Under the pieces are notes generated by a model. It had not been told where the DNA came from, did no database searches, and worked only from the letters and a program-made list of their open reading frames with translations. 64,000 nucleotides of DNA from Cyanophyceae cyanobacterium. GTDB lineage: Bacteria > Cyanobacteriota > Cyanobacteriia > Cyanobacteriales > JBHJGN01. The position numbers and the translations under genes are program-made. How positions within the stretch are numbered: position 1 is the first letter of the stretch; each line of letters opens with the position of its first letter. The stretch covers positions 96,001 through 160,000 of the forward strand of contig JBHJGN010000011.1 in assembly GCA_050331735.1 (NCBI GenBank). The letters are read 5' to 3'. Below, one piece after another: positions 8,872 through 17,782 of this stretch.

Positions 8872-11511
8872 CTAGAGCCAGTTGCCGACCAGAATATAAG
8901 GCGACCAAAATGACGGCACCTGCCAGTCTTGTTCTCGATTTTGCCACAGCTTTAGCTGAGCCTGCCGCAGCGCCTCAGCTTTCGGTAAATTGTCCTTGAG
9001 CTCTCGATAAAATTGACCCATGAGCTGCGCTGTTGATTCATCGCTCACTTGCCATAAGGTGGCGAGGGTACTGCTGGTTCCTCCGCGAACCGCAACGCCA
9101 GCTAGTCCGAGAGCCGCTCGCTTGTCTCCGGCGGCTGTTTCACACGCACTTAATACCAGCAATTCAATGCGTCTGTCCGCTCGTTTTCCCTGAAGGACAC
9201 TGTTGAGTTCACTGACGTTAAGAACCTGATTCCAGAGCAAAATAAAGGTATTTTCCGGATCAGAACTAAACTGACCGTGAGTCGCAATATGCACAACCGC
9301 AAAGGGGTTATTGGTTAGCTGTGTCTGGAGGTTATCTTTGGTTAGCCGAGCATTGAGGAGAGACTCGCTGGGCACGACAGACTGAATCGCTAGCCATTCT
9401 GTCTCAACGTTGGGCAGTGCGGTAAACTCTTGTCCGCTAATCTGGAGTCTTTCACTGACTCCCGCAATTAAAGTCGTGGTTTGCTGCGACAGCCGTTCCG
9501 GACCGAGAAGGCGTAAACCGGGCGTAATAGCGGTGGCATATTTCTGCACGAGATACTCCTCCCCATCGTAGAGTACCGCCATCGGAACATTTTGCAGGAG
9601 CGAATCGAGCACAAACACCAAGGTCTTCACGGAGTTGGCGCGAAGCTCGGCTTCAAAGGGGGTGAGCAGCCAACTGTAGAGCTGATGGGAGAGTCTCTGA
9701 ACATCTCTGAGACGGTCTGGTTCTTTCAGATATCGTCCGAGCTGAAACACCGTGGACTCTACCTCCGCTTGGGAAAGCCAGTTGGTGTGATGGTACAGGA
9801 TACCATCTGGGGTAGAGAGAATGACCTCGAGGCGTTCGGGCAGGATAATGGTGTAAACCACTGCCGCTTGGTTATCAACCTGTTCAATGTCTTCCTCTTG
9901 CAGCGTCGCGCAGGCATCTTGAAAGTAATTATCGAGTTCGGCAATTTGCAAGGCTTCGACTACCTGACGGGCTTCTTTAAGAGCAGACTGGTTGGCTTCT
10001 CCAGACGGGGGCTGAAGCAACAGCCCGGCTAGCTCGCGGTAGATTGGTTCAACTTGTTCTCGAAAAGAAAACTGTATCTCTTGATTTAGGGTAACCAGAT
10101 CGCTGCGTAACTGCTGGAGGTTGGTAAAGGCAGCTTCGTAAGCGGCGATCGCCTGTTCGCGGGCTTTGTCGGCATAGAGACGACCGAGATACCACTGCCA
10201 GCGATAGCTGATTTCGGGAGCATTTTCAGCATAAGCCAGGGAGAGAGCCTGCTGAAGGAGCTCCTGCGGAGCGCTCGTCAACGAAGTCTGATAGTCTACC
10301 TGGAGCTGACCTAAACTGCCGAGGGCATAGGATTGAGCGCGTCGATCTTCAAGGCTGACGGCATCTTGATGCGCCTTAAGCAACAGTTGAGCAATCTCCG
10401 ACCAGGAAGCGACTTCAGCGTGAGCTTGCAGACTGGCGAGGTTCTGAGCAAAGCTAATTTGAGCGTAAACGGTAGCGCGACTGGGAGGAAGAGATTGAAG
10501 CGCCGTTTGCAGCGGCAGCACTAGCTCCTCTGCCTCGGACCAGCGGTGGTTTTTGACCAATAGATTCAGCTCATTGAGCCGGGCGTGCAGGACCGTTAGG
10601 GATGGAGCGGTGGCAGCAGTGTCGCTAGCGGCGCGATAGAGTGCGAGAGCAGCTTGAGCGTAGTGCTGCGCCTCGACATCGTTCAAATCTTGCGCTCTAG
10701 TCGCCAAAGCCTGCTGCGTATTGCCCAAGCTGAGCAGCGCCCGACTATAGGCTTGGGGAGTCTGTTCCTGACGGGCTAACGTTAAACTATGCTTCAACAC
10801 CGCTTGCGACTCTTCTAGCCTCCCCATCAGCCGCAGCACGTTGCCTAAACTACGCAAGCTGTTAGCCTGAAGCGACCGAGGCTGCTGTTGCAAAGCCGTT
10901 AAGACCTCTGTCAGCGTTTGGGGGGTCAGCTCTTCGCATTTTTGCTGCCTGTCGATCGCCTGCAGAACGCGATCGCAGGAGCGACGATAAAATCCTAACG
11001 TTTCCAGCGCTTGGGCTTGGTTAATCTGGCTTCCCGTCATGCCCAGGCGATCGCCGGCTTGCCGATAAAAAGCTTCGGCTTCCTGCCAGCTAGCAAGAGC
11101 CGCTTCTGCTTGTCCGATGGCAATTTGTAAGCGTCCCTGATTGTTCAACACCTGAGCGCGAACGGGGACCGCGACGCTCGGGGTCTGCCGCTCTAGCAGC
11201 GCCAAACTTTCATCGAGAGCGTCCTGGGCCTGCTGCCACTGTCCCTGCTGTTGCTGAGCGAGCGATAGCAGGGACAGAATTTGGGCCTGCTTGAGTGGCT
11301 CGCCTACTGCTGCATAGGCACTCGCTGCCTGCTGCAGGGCTTCAGCAGAGGCCGAAAACTCTCCGCGAGCGTAGTATTGTTGAGCACGCTGTACTAAAGC
11401 CGCTCCTGCCTGTCTGTTGATGGGTTGCTCCGCTCTAACCGGAATAAGGGCATGAAGACTGAGGCTCAACAATAGCCCGACAATCGCCACAAAAATCAAT
11501 CGTCGCTTCAT
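8872..11511 (-). CDS. CHAT domain (caspase-like) protein with signal peptide and TPR repeats
   Basis: Likely ATG at 11511 (MKRRLIFVAIVGLLLSLSLHA, signal-peptide-like). TPR-like helices, then catalytic HIATHG and LSACET, and terminal FWSPYILVGNWL. Confidence 0.92.
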   Translation of the reverse strand: MKRRLIFVAIVGLLLSLSLHALIPVRAEQPINRQAGAALVQRAQQYYARGEFSASAEALQQAASAYAAVGEPLKQAQILSLLSLAQQQQGQWQQAQDALDESLALLERQTPSVAVPVRAQVLNNQGRLQIAIGQAEAALASWQEAEAFYRQAGDRLGMTGSQINQAQALETLGFYRRSCDRVLQAIDRQQKCEELTPQTLTEVLTALQQQPRSLQANSLRSLGNVLRLMGRLEESQAVLKHSLTLARQEQTPQAYSRALLSLGNTQQALATRAQDLNDVEAQHYAQAALALYRAASDTAATAPSLTVLHARLNELNLLVKNHRWSEAEELVLPLQTALQSLPPSRATVYAQISFAQNLASLQAHAEVASWSEIAQLLLKAHQDAVSLEDRRAQSYALGSLGQLQVDYQTSLTSAPQELLQQALSLAYAENAPEISYRWQWYLGRLYADKAREQAIAAYEAAFTNLQQLRSDLVTLNQEIQFSFREQVEPIYRELAGLLLQPPSGEANQSALKEARQVVEALQIAELDNYFQDACATLQEEDIEQVDNQAAVVYTIILPERLEVILSTPDGILYHHTNWLSQAEVESTVFQLGRYLKEPDRLRDVQRLSHQLYSWLLTPFEAELRANSVKTLVFVLDSLLQNVPMAVLYDGEEYLVQKYATAITPGLRLLGPERLSQQTTTLIAGVSERLQISGQEFTALPNVETEWLAIQSVVPSESLLNARLTKDNLQTQLTNNPFAVVHIATHGQFSSDPENTFILLWNQVLNVSELNSVLQGKRADRRIELLVLSACETAAGDKRAALGLAGVAVRGGTSSTLATLWQVSDESTAQLMGQFYRELKDNLPKAEALRQAQLKLWQNREQDWQVPSFWSPYILVGNWL

Positions 11512-11624
11512 AAATTTGTGCCACCGTTTCTCTTTAGATGATAATGATATATGGGTTAATCCCGATGCAAAATTCAAAGTTCACACGGAGGCGGTATTGC
11601 TCAGTTCCCCGACTTTAAGAAAAA

Positions 11625-11797
11625 GGGGAAAAGCACTCATCGCTTTACTCCAAACTGGTCTAGCCAGCCAGCTTATTGTTAGCAGGATGCTTTTTTCCTC
11701 GGTTTCAAGTCCTAGAAGATTAGGGTTTCCCACTTTCAAAAACCGAGGAAAAAGGGAGGAATGAGCCAATTTGGTTTTCACCTTGTGCTTTTCCCCG
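11625..11797. repeat. Nested imperfect inverted repeats (long hairpin / REP-like element)
   Basis: GGGGAAAAGCAC (11625) pairs with GTGCTTTTTCCCC (11785). TTTTTCCTCGGTTT (11692) pairs perfectly over 14 bp with AAACCGAGGAAAAA (11740). Confidence 0.65.
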
Positions 11798-11827
11798 ATC
11801 CCGAGACTTTCCTCTCTCGTGGCAACC

Positions 11828-14365
11828 CTAGCGAGGAAGTTCTTCCTCTGGTGCTGGTGGCAGTCCCAGAGTTTGGCGAAACTCTTCATCGTACCGGACA
11901 TATTCCCAATGTTGAGCCAGTTTCACTTGTTCAGGGGTTAAGTTTCTCACTCCTCTAAAGATGGCTCTTTTGAGGGAGGCTCCTGCCAAGTTGGCTCCCT
12001 CTAAATTAGCTTCTCGAAGGTGAGCCCCTTCCAACACGGCTCCTTTGAGAATGGCTCCTTGAAGTTGGGCCTCCTTGAGAGTCGCGCCTTCTAAAATCGC
12101 GCCTTCTAAATTGGCGTTTCCTAAATCGGCCCCTTCGAGATGAACTCCCCACAGATTCGCTCCCAAAAGGTGGGCCTCTCTCAGGTTGGTTCCCTCAAGA
12201 ATTGCTCCTCTAAGGTGTGCTCCTCTAAGATCTGTGCCTCTGAGTTGAGCTTCTCTTAAATTGGCCTCTCGCAGGCTCGCTCCTTCCAAAATGGCTCCTT
12301 CAAGATGGGCTTGACTGAGATCGGCTCCTTCTAAATGCGCTCTTAGGAGATTGGCCCCCCAGAGAATTACTTTTCTTAGAGTGGCCCCTTCTAAAATAGC
12401 GGTGCTCAGGTCGGCTTTTTCTAGATTGGCCTCCCTCAGATCGGCTCCTTCAAGCGAGGCTGCTGCGAGAACAGCCTGACAAAAATTAGCAAACTGCAAA
12501 TTGGCTCCTTCTAAGCTAGCTCCTTCTAGAGAGGCTTGACTAAGATTAGCCGATTCAAGATCGGCTCCTTCTAGAGAAGCTTGACCGAGATTGGCTCCCT
12601 GAAAATTAGCCTCTCTGAGAACGGCAAGATTCAAGGAGGTCTGCTTCAGCTCAGCGCCTTCAAAAAAAGCATCGGTGCAATTGGCTTCCCGAAGATTCGC
12701 ATTATTTAGATTAGCGCCTGCGAAAGTTGCTCTTTCGAGATGGGCTCCCTGCAAACAAGCGCCTTCGAGGTGAGCGCCTTCGAGATGGGCTCCCTGCAAA
12801 CAAGCGCCTTCGAGGTGAGCGTCTTCGAGATGGGCTCCCTGCAAGTGAGCGTGTCTTAAATCTGCTTCGGTTAAAATGGCAGCATTTAGGTGAGCACCGC
12901 TCAGCATGGCGTTCGGCAGAGCTGCTTGGCTGAGGTTGCTTTCTTCTAGTTGAGCTTCTCTAAGATCGGCCCCTTCCAGGCGGGCCTGTTTTAAGTTAGC
13001 TCGCTGCAGACGGGCCTGCCAAAGATTGGCCTCACTCAGCCTAGCGGCAGCAAGATAGGCTCCCCCGAGATAGGCTCCAACTAAACTGGCTTTGTATAAG
13101 CAGGCTTGGGCTAAATTGACTTCTCCTAAATAAGCTTCCTCTAAACACGCGCCCGTTAGCTGAGCACTGCGAAAATCAACATTTTCCAGGCGAGCTTTCG
13201 TCAGATTGGCAGACTTTAAACACGCCTCTTTGAGGGTAGCTCCTTGAAGAATTGCTGACTCTAGATGAGCGCTTGCAAGCGTAGCGCGCTCCAGGTAGGC
13301 TTGGGTGAGATCGACCGCTTCTAAGTGAGCATAGTTAAGATTAGCACCGGCAAAATTGCTCCTGGCTAAATATGCTTGTCTGAGATCTGCGCCTTCCAAA
13401 TCTTGCCCGTCAAGATGAGCCGCTTCTAAATAAGCATTCTGAAAACTCGCCGTTTTGAGATCGGCCCCTTCTAGGTTGGCTCCTTTAAGAAAGGCTTCAC
13501 TTAAGTTGGCTCCGGCGAAAGAAGCCCCGGTCAAGTTGGCTCTTTCTAAATTTGTCCCTTTGAGGTTAGCTCCTGCTAAATTGGCCCCTCCCAAGAAAAC
13601 GTGACGCAAAAGGGCCGTGCTTAAGTTGGCTCCTTCTAAATGCGCTTCTCCAAGATCGGCCCCGTCAAAAATGGCGTTGCTTAAATCGGCTCCTTTCAGA
13701 GAAATTTGCTGAAGCGCTGCGTTTTGAAGATAACCAGCTCTAAGATCGGCTCCGTCAATGCAGGCACCGCTGAGATCGAGCTGTTTATCGTGAGGGTCTT
13801 TAACAATATCGCGTCTGCCAATGACCGTTATCGCTGCCTGAAGATCGAGGGGAATCCGACGGGGGGGAGCCTCAGCCGAGCGCTGTTGCACAAACGAAGT
13901 CAAGACTTCCATGATAATCCAGTGATTCTCGGATGAATCTTTGGCCAGTCGCTCTAGAGTATAGATGCCCCCGAGACGTACTTCTAGCTTGTCATCTCCC
14001 AGCAGCTTGATGGCTTCAGAAAAGCGCTCGGTAACGAGGCGCTGCTGCGCTAGCTGATTGTTCCGAAAAATGGTTATTCCCGCTAACAGAAAAGCACAGA
14101 GGCCGACGATGAGAACCGCAATGTTGATTAGCTCTAGCGCCAGGAACGGTCGCTCGGTTCGCTCGACCAGTTGCCAAAGCTTCACGCTAAAACTCCAAAA
14201 AAGCACCAGGACCGACAGGGTCACTACTCCTGCGATCGCCACAATTATCGGTTTTCGCTCTCGCGAAGAGCGTCCTCGTTGAGAACGAAGCCGACTCATC
14301 CATTGCTTCACTGTGCTTAAACGAGCCTGCCGAAGGGTGAGATTGAGCCTAAGTTTGGGGATCAT
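11828..14365 (-). CDS. Membrane-anchored pentapeptide repeat protein (roughly 120 repeats)
   Basis: Two TM helices, an ERFSEAIKLLG..VRLGGIYTLERLA helical domain, then ~600 aa of A(D/N/H)LxG repeats. Start is ATG 14365 or GTG 14422. Confidence 0.92.
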   Translation of the reverse strand: MIPKLRLNLTLRQARLSTVKQWMSRLRSQRGRSSRERKPIIVAIAGVVTLSVLVLFWSFSVKLWQLVERTERPFLALELINIAVLIVGLCAFLLAGITIFRNNQLAQQRLVTERFSEAIKLLGDDKLEVRLGGIYTLERLAKDSSENHWIIMEVLTSFVQQRSAEAPPRRIPLDLQAAITVIGRRDIVKDPHDKQLDLSGACIDGADLRAGYLQNAALQQISLKGADLSNAIFDGADLGEAHLEGANLSTALLRHVFLGGANLAGANLKGTNLERANLTGASFAGANLSEAFLKGANLEGADLKTASFQNAYLEAAHLDGQDLEGADLRQAYLARSNFAGANLNYAHLEAVDLTQAYLERATLASAHLESAILQGATLKEACLKSANLTKARLENVDFRSAQLTGACLEEAYLGEVNLAQACLYKASLVGAYLGGAYLAAARLSEANLWQARLQRANLKQARLEGADLREAQLEESNLSQAALPNAMLSGAHLNAAILTEADLRHAHLQGAHLEDAHLEGACLQGAHLEGAHLEGACLQGAHLERATFAGANLNNANLREANCTDAFFEGAELKQTSLNLAVLREANFQGANLGQASLEGADLESANLSQASLEGASLEGANLQFANFCQAVLAAASLEGADLREANLEKADLSTAILEGATLRKVILWGANLLRAHLEGADLSQAHLEGAILEGASLREANLREAQLRGTDLRGAHLRGAILEGTNLREAHLLGANLWGVHLEGADLGNANLEGAILEGATLKEAQLQGAILKGAVLEGAHLREANLEGANLAGASLKRAIFRGVRNLTPEQVKLAQHWEYVRYDEEFRQTLGLPPAPEEELPR
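12734..12844. repeat. Near-perfect 45-bp tandem duplication (2.5 copies) within the pentapeptide gene
   Basis: Unit TTCGAGATGGGCTCCCTGCAAACAAGCGCCTTCGAGGTGAGCGCC at 12734, 12779 and partially at 12824, with one mismatch. Confidence 0.9.
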
Positions 14366-14438
14366 GGATGTTCTCGCTATAGTCGGAGGATAGATAACGC
14401 GATCGCCTGCTTTTGTTAACACTGTGCTAGCACCATCA

Positions 14439-15629
14439 TCAGAGCTGGCGAGAGCTAACCCGAGAGGCGAGGGCGCTAATTTTGGCTTTCAAGTCGCTCG
14501 TCGCCGCCACCTGTTGAGCTTGAGCGAGTAAGTGGCTGGCTGTGCGTACATCGCCTTGCGCCTGCCGCAGCAGTGCTTTGCCCAACAGCGCTTTCACATT
14601 ATGTTCTTGCTGGGCTAAGATACGGTTGTATACCGATTCTGCCTGTTGTGGTTGCCCGCGATGTTCGTAACAACGGGCCAGATCTAACTGAAGCTGAAGA
14701 TTCTCTGGCTCCTCCACAACCAGTTTTTCCAGGGCTGGCAGCGCCTGGAGGCTGATATTGGTCGTCGCCAAAATCGTTAGATAGCCTTGCACCACCGCAG
14801 GCATATACTGGTCCGTCTCCCAAAGTTTGTTGCCCGCCGCTAAACTCTGTCTGAGTCGCGCTCCTAGTTCTCGGTAGTCGGAGTGATTCAGTTCAGACAG
14901 CAGCCAAATTAAAGCCCCTGCCGTGCTTGGTTGCAGAGCAAAAGTGTCGTTCTCAATGATTGGAATCGCTGAAAAAAACGTTTTGTAGGTAACCTTAGCT
15001 GCTGTCAAACGCTCGTAGAGCGGCTGAAGCTTGGGCTCTAAGGCCCTGAGGTCAGCCGGATCGATCCGGTCCATCTGAGTCAGAATGACCGCCATTGGGT
15101 AGCAATCGCTGTGTCGCGCCACCAGAGCGATCGCCTGAAGCTGCTGCAAATCCTCGTCCTTGACATACCCCGGCTGGTGAAGCAGAGCCTCGGCGTTCAT
15201 GAAGATGCAGCAGCCATGAGACCGCAGCACGAGCGCCTGAAAGTTCGGATGGGTTAGGCAACAGTCTTTGCCGGGAACGTCCCACCAGCGCAAATAATTT
15301 CTGGTGATCGGGACTGAAGCCTCGAGGCGAAACAGAAATTCTTGGGTTTCGGCTGGGGTCGGCGGATACTGACCCGTGCGCACAACCGCGTCCAACATCT
15401 TGGCTAAGGTTGCCGACGCTGGCTCCTCGTCATCCAATTCTAATCGTAAGCCATAAGTGGGATGAGCGCCGATTTCGCCCCCACCTCCGACGGCGTCCCC
15501 ACGCAAGCTCAGCTCAGTATAGCTCCCAGCTATAAAAACGGTTTTCCCCGCTTTTTGTGGTCCAATACTGAAGAGGTTGACCGTTTCTCTCTGAGCTTGC
15601 ATCATTTTAACAGTGCTATCCGGTGCCAA
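14439..15629 (-). CDS. P-loop GTPase-like (TRAFAC-type) domain plus C-terminal TPR protein
   Basis: G1 GPQKAGKT, G3 WDVPG, G4-like ILTQMD. C-terminal TPRs (LQLDLARCYEHRGQPQQAESVYNRIL, ALLGKALLRQAQG). Confidence 0.7.
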   Translation of the reverse strand: MAPDSTVKMMQAQRETVNLFSIGPQKAGKTVFIAGSYTELSLRGDAVGGGGEIGAHPTYGLRLELDDEEPASATLAKMLDAVVRTGQYPPTPAETQEFLFRLEASVPITRNYLRWWDVPGKDCCLTHPNFQALVLRSHGCCIFMNAEALLHQPGYVKDEDLQQLQAIALVARHSDCYPMAVILTQMDRIDPADLRALEPKLQPLYERLTAAKVTYKTFFSAIPIIENDTFALQPSTAGALIWLLSELNHSDYRELGARLRQSLAAGNKLWETDQYMPAVVQGYLTILATTNISLQALPALEKLVVEEPENLQLQLDLARCYEHRGQPQQAESVYNRILAQQEHNVKALLGKALLRQAQGDVRTASHLLAQAQQVAATSDLKAKISALASRVSSRQL

Positions 15630-15774
15630 ACTAGAAAACCACTAAACTTAAATCTTCCTGACCATACTGGAGAAAGCACAGTTTAAGCAATACCTTCATT
15701 AAATATATTGAAGCGATTAAAGCCGATTCTTTGATAAAAAAATACAGATTATTCGACTACTGGTCACTGACCCC

Positions 15775-16803
15775 TCACCCGATATCTGCATTCAGTAGGT
15801 GGCTCAACTGCATCTGATTCAGCGCCCAGTGGGCGGTACTTTGTACTTCTGCATCGGGATCGTTGAGAGTGAGAGACAGTAAATGGTTGACCTGAGACAT
15901 CAGTTCATAAACCTGAGTCAATTCTCGAATGGCGTTCTGGCGTACTTGAGGACTCTCATCTTCTAAGGAAACGGTTACGGCTTGGTTCATGGGTTGCAGA
16001 GTCCGGGCGCTAATGCGGGTGAGCGCTTCGAGAATCAGGCTGCGCTCCTGAGAATCTGAATGAATGAGACGCTTGACCAATGGCTCTACCGCCCGAGAAT
16101 CTCCTCGCTGCGTTAGTTCCCAAATCGCTCGTCGCCGTTTTTTAGAGTCTGCTTGCTCTAGTTCTTGAATCAGTTCATTGACTAAATCGGTTTCTGCCTG
16201 ATAGGGCGAAGTTGGAATTGACGGTGCCGAATCTGGCTGAGGAGCTGGTAGTGCAAATGAGGATGAAGTGCTGATGGGGATGGACTGGGGAAGCTCTGGC
16301 TCGGAGGTGCTAACGGATGGAGGGACGCTTGGTTCCGGTTCTTGGTCTGCGATGGTGAGTGGTTCAATCTCTTCTTCCAGGAATGGTTCTGGCGGCGTTC
16401 GACGCAGCAGCCAAACGAGGAGAATTGAGAAGCCTCCTCCAACAACAAGCGCTAAAAAAATCAGATTCCAGGGATTGGCTGTTTCTGTTTCTGCTTCAGC
16501 AAGCCGACTTCTTTCTAGGTAGCTTTCGACATTGTTGATTGCTTGCTGGGCGTAAAAATCATTGGGGCGCTCGGCAAGAGCCTGCTGGAAATACTGTAAA
16601 GCCGTTTGGTAATCTCTTTGCTCGGTAGCCTCATAGCCAGCCTGCATCAAGTGATCGTAGGTACTTGAGGCATCCGTTGCGTCTGTGGTTTGAGCGAGGA
16701 GGCTAGAACGAGGGGAGAAGCTTGGAGACGCCATCAGTAGAAAGAGGCAGCTTGAAAGACTGACAGCAAAGCAGGCCAGAAAAGGCAGATTGTGGCTCAT
16801 CAA
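15775..16803 (-). CDS. Bitopic protein: signal peptide, TPR, TM helix, Pro/Ser linker, HEAT repeats
   Basis: MQAGYEATEQRDYQTALQYFQQAL (TPR), LIFLALVVGGGFSILLVWLL (TM), RRRAIWELTQRGDSRAVEPL and VRQNAIREL (HEAT). Confidence 0.8.
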   Translation of the reverse strand: MMSHNLPFLACFAVSLSSCLFLLMASPSFSPRSSLLAQTTDATDASSTYDHLMQAGYEATEQRDYQTALQYFQQALAERPNDFYAQQAINNVESYLERSRLAEAETETANPWNLIFLALVVGGGFSILLVWLLRRTPPEPFLEEEIEPLTIADQEPEPSVPPSVSTSEPELPQSIPISTSSSFALPAPQPDSAPSIPTSPYQAETDLVNELIQELEQADSKKRRRAIWELTQRGDSRAVEPLVKRLIHSDSQERSLILEALTRISARTLQPMNQAVTVSLEDESPQVRQNAIRELTQVYELMSQVNHLLSLTLNDPDAEVQSTAHWALNQMQLSHLLNADIG

Positions 16804-17030
16804 TCTAGTCCTTAGTGAATCAGCAGAGTAAGGAGGGAGTCGGTCTCATCAAATCTAGACGAGGACTGAAGCGGCATTAGTTCCTCGGTCCTGATGAGGA
16901 AAGTAAGGAGTGCCCAGAGTGTCTTCTGCAAAGAGACTGCGCTATCGGACAAGAAACAATTTCAGCTCTTTATTCATCGTCCTTTACCCGGACTGCTTGC
17001 TCTGTCCTTCTTCCTTAAAGTTAATAATGA

Positions 17031-17057
17031 TAAAACCCCAGACGAGAGTGCCTGGGG
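17031..17057 (-). terminator. Putative intrinsic terminator downstream of upp
   Basis: Minus strand reads CCCCAG-GCACTCTCGT-CTGGGG-TTTTA. Confidence 0.5.
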
Positions 17058-17140
17058 AGTGCAGTTCCTCGAACAGTAAACCTGTGGTTTAACGCTCAAT
17101 ACTTTATCGTAAAGAACACTGGTAAAGAACTCGATAAATT

Positions 17141-17776
17141 CTACTTAGTACCAAACATGCGATCGCCCGCATCCCCTAGCCCCGGGATAATATAGCAGTG
17201 CTCGTCCAGCCTTTCATCAACGGCGGCGGTATAAATCGGAACATCGGGATGTTCGTCCTGGAAGTGAGCAAGGCCCTCGGGAGCCGCCAGCAGGCACACA
17301 AATTTAATGGAGCGCGGGTGAGTCTCCTTGAGGCGATGAACCGCCGCCACCGCCGAGTTTCCAGTCGCCAGCATGGGATCGACCACCAACATTTCTCGCT
17401 CTTCGATATCAGGAGGAACTTTAAAGTAATACTCCACCGCCACCAGGGTTTTCGGGTCGCGATACAGCCCAATATGGCCTACCCGCGCCGACGGAATGAG
17501 CTGCAACATGCCGTCTAAGATGCCCTGACCGGCTCGCATAATCGAAATCAGCACGAGCTTTTTTCCGGAGAGTACCGGAGCCTGCATCGGAGCCAGTGGG
17601 GTTTCAATCGGGACATACTTCAGGGGGATATCCCGCGTTACCTCGTAAGCCAGCAGCATACTGATTTCCTGAAGCAGAGCGCGGAACTTCGCCGTACTTG
17701 TTTCCTGCTTACGCATAATCGTCAGCTTGTGCTGAATCAGGGGGTGATCGATGACGGTTAGATTAGCTCCCATCAT
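17141..17776 (-). CDS. upp: Uracil phosphoribosyltransferase (URC6-type)
   Basis: [19 protein letters not shown] loop [11 protein letters not shown] and [12 protein letters not shown]. Confidence 0.97.
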   Translation of the reverse strand: MMGANLTVIDHPLIQHKLTIMRKQETSTAKFRALLQEISMLLAYEVTRDIPLKYVPIETPLAPMQAPVLSGKKLVLISIMRAGQGILDGMLQLIPSARVGHIGLYRDPKTLVAVEYYFKVPPDIEEREMLVVDPMLATGNSAVAAVHRLKETHPRSIKFVCLLAAPEGLAHFQDEHPDVPIYTAAVDERLDEHCYIIPGLGDAGDRMFGTK

Positions 17777-17782
17777 TTATCC

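Noticed and set aside
8674..8947. Four short overlapping ORFs between the ATP-grasp and CHAT genes as precursor peptides
   Set aside because: They are translations of the low-complexity repeat region in several frames, with no RBS or leader features.
11800..11822. RNase P RNA-like GAGGAAAGTC on the minus strand
   Set aside because: It continues TCGGGA rather than CGGGC, and the 3' conserved ACAGAACCCGGCTTA is absent.
16855..16960. Hammerhead ribozyme (CTGATGA at ~16891)
   Set aside because: No stem II closing on CGAAA and no stem III/UH arrangement could be built.
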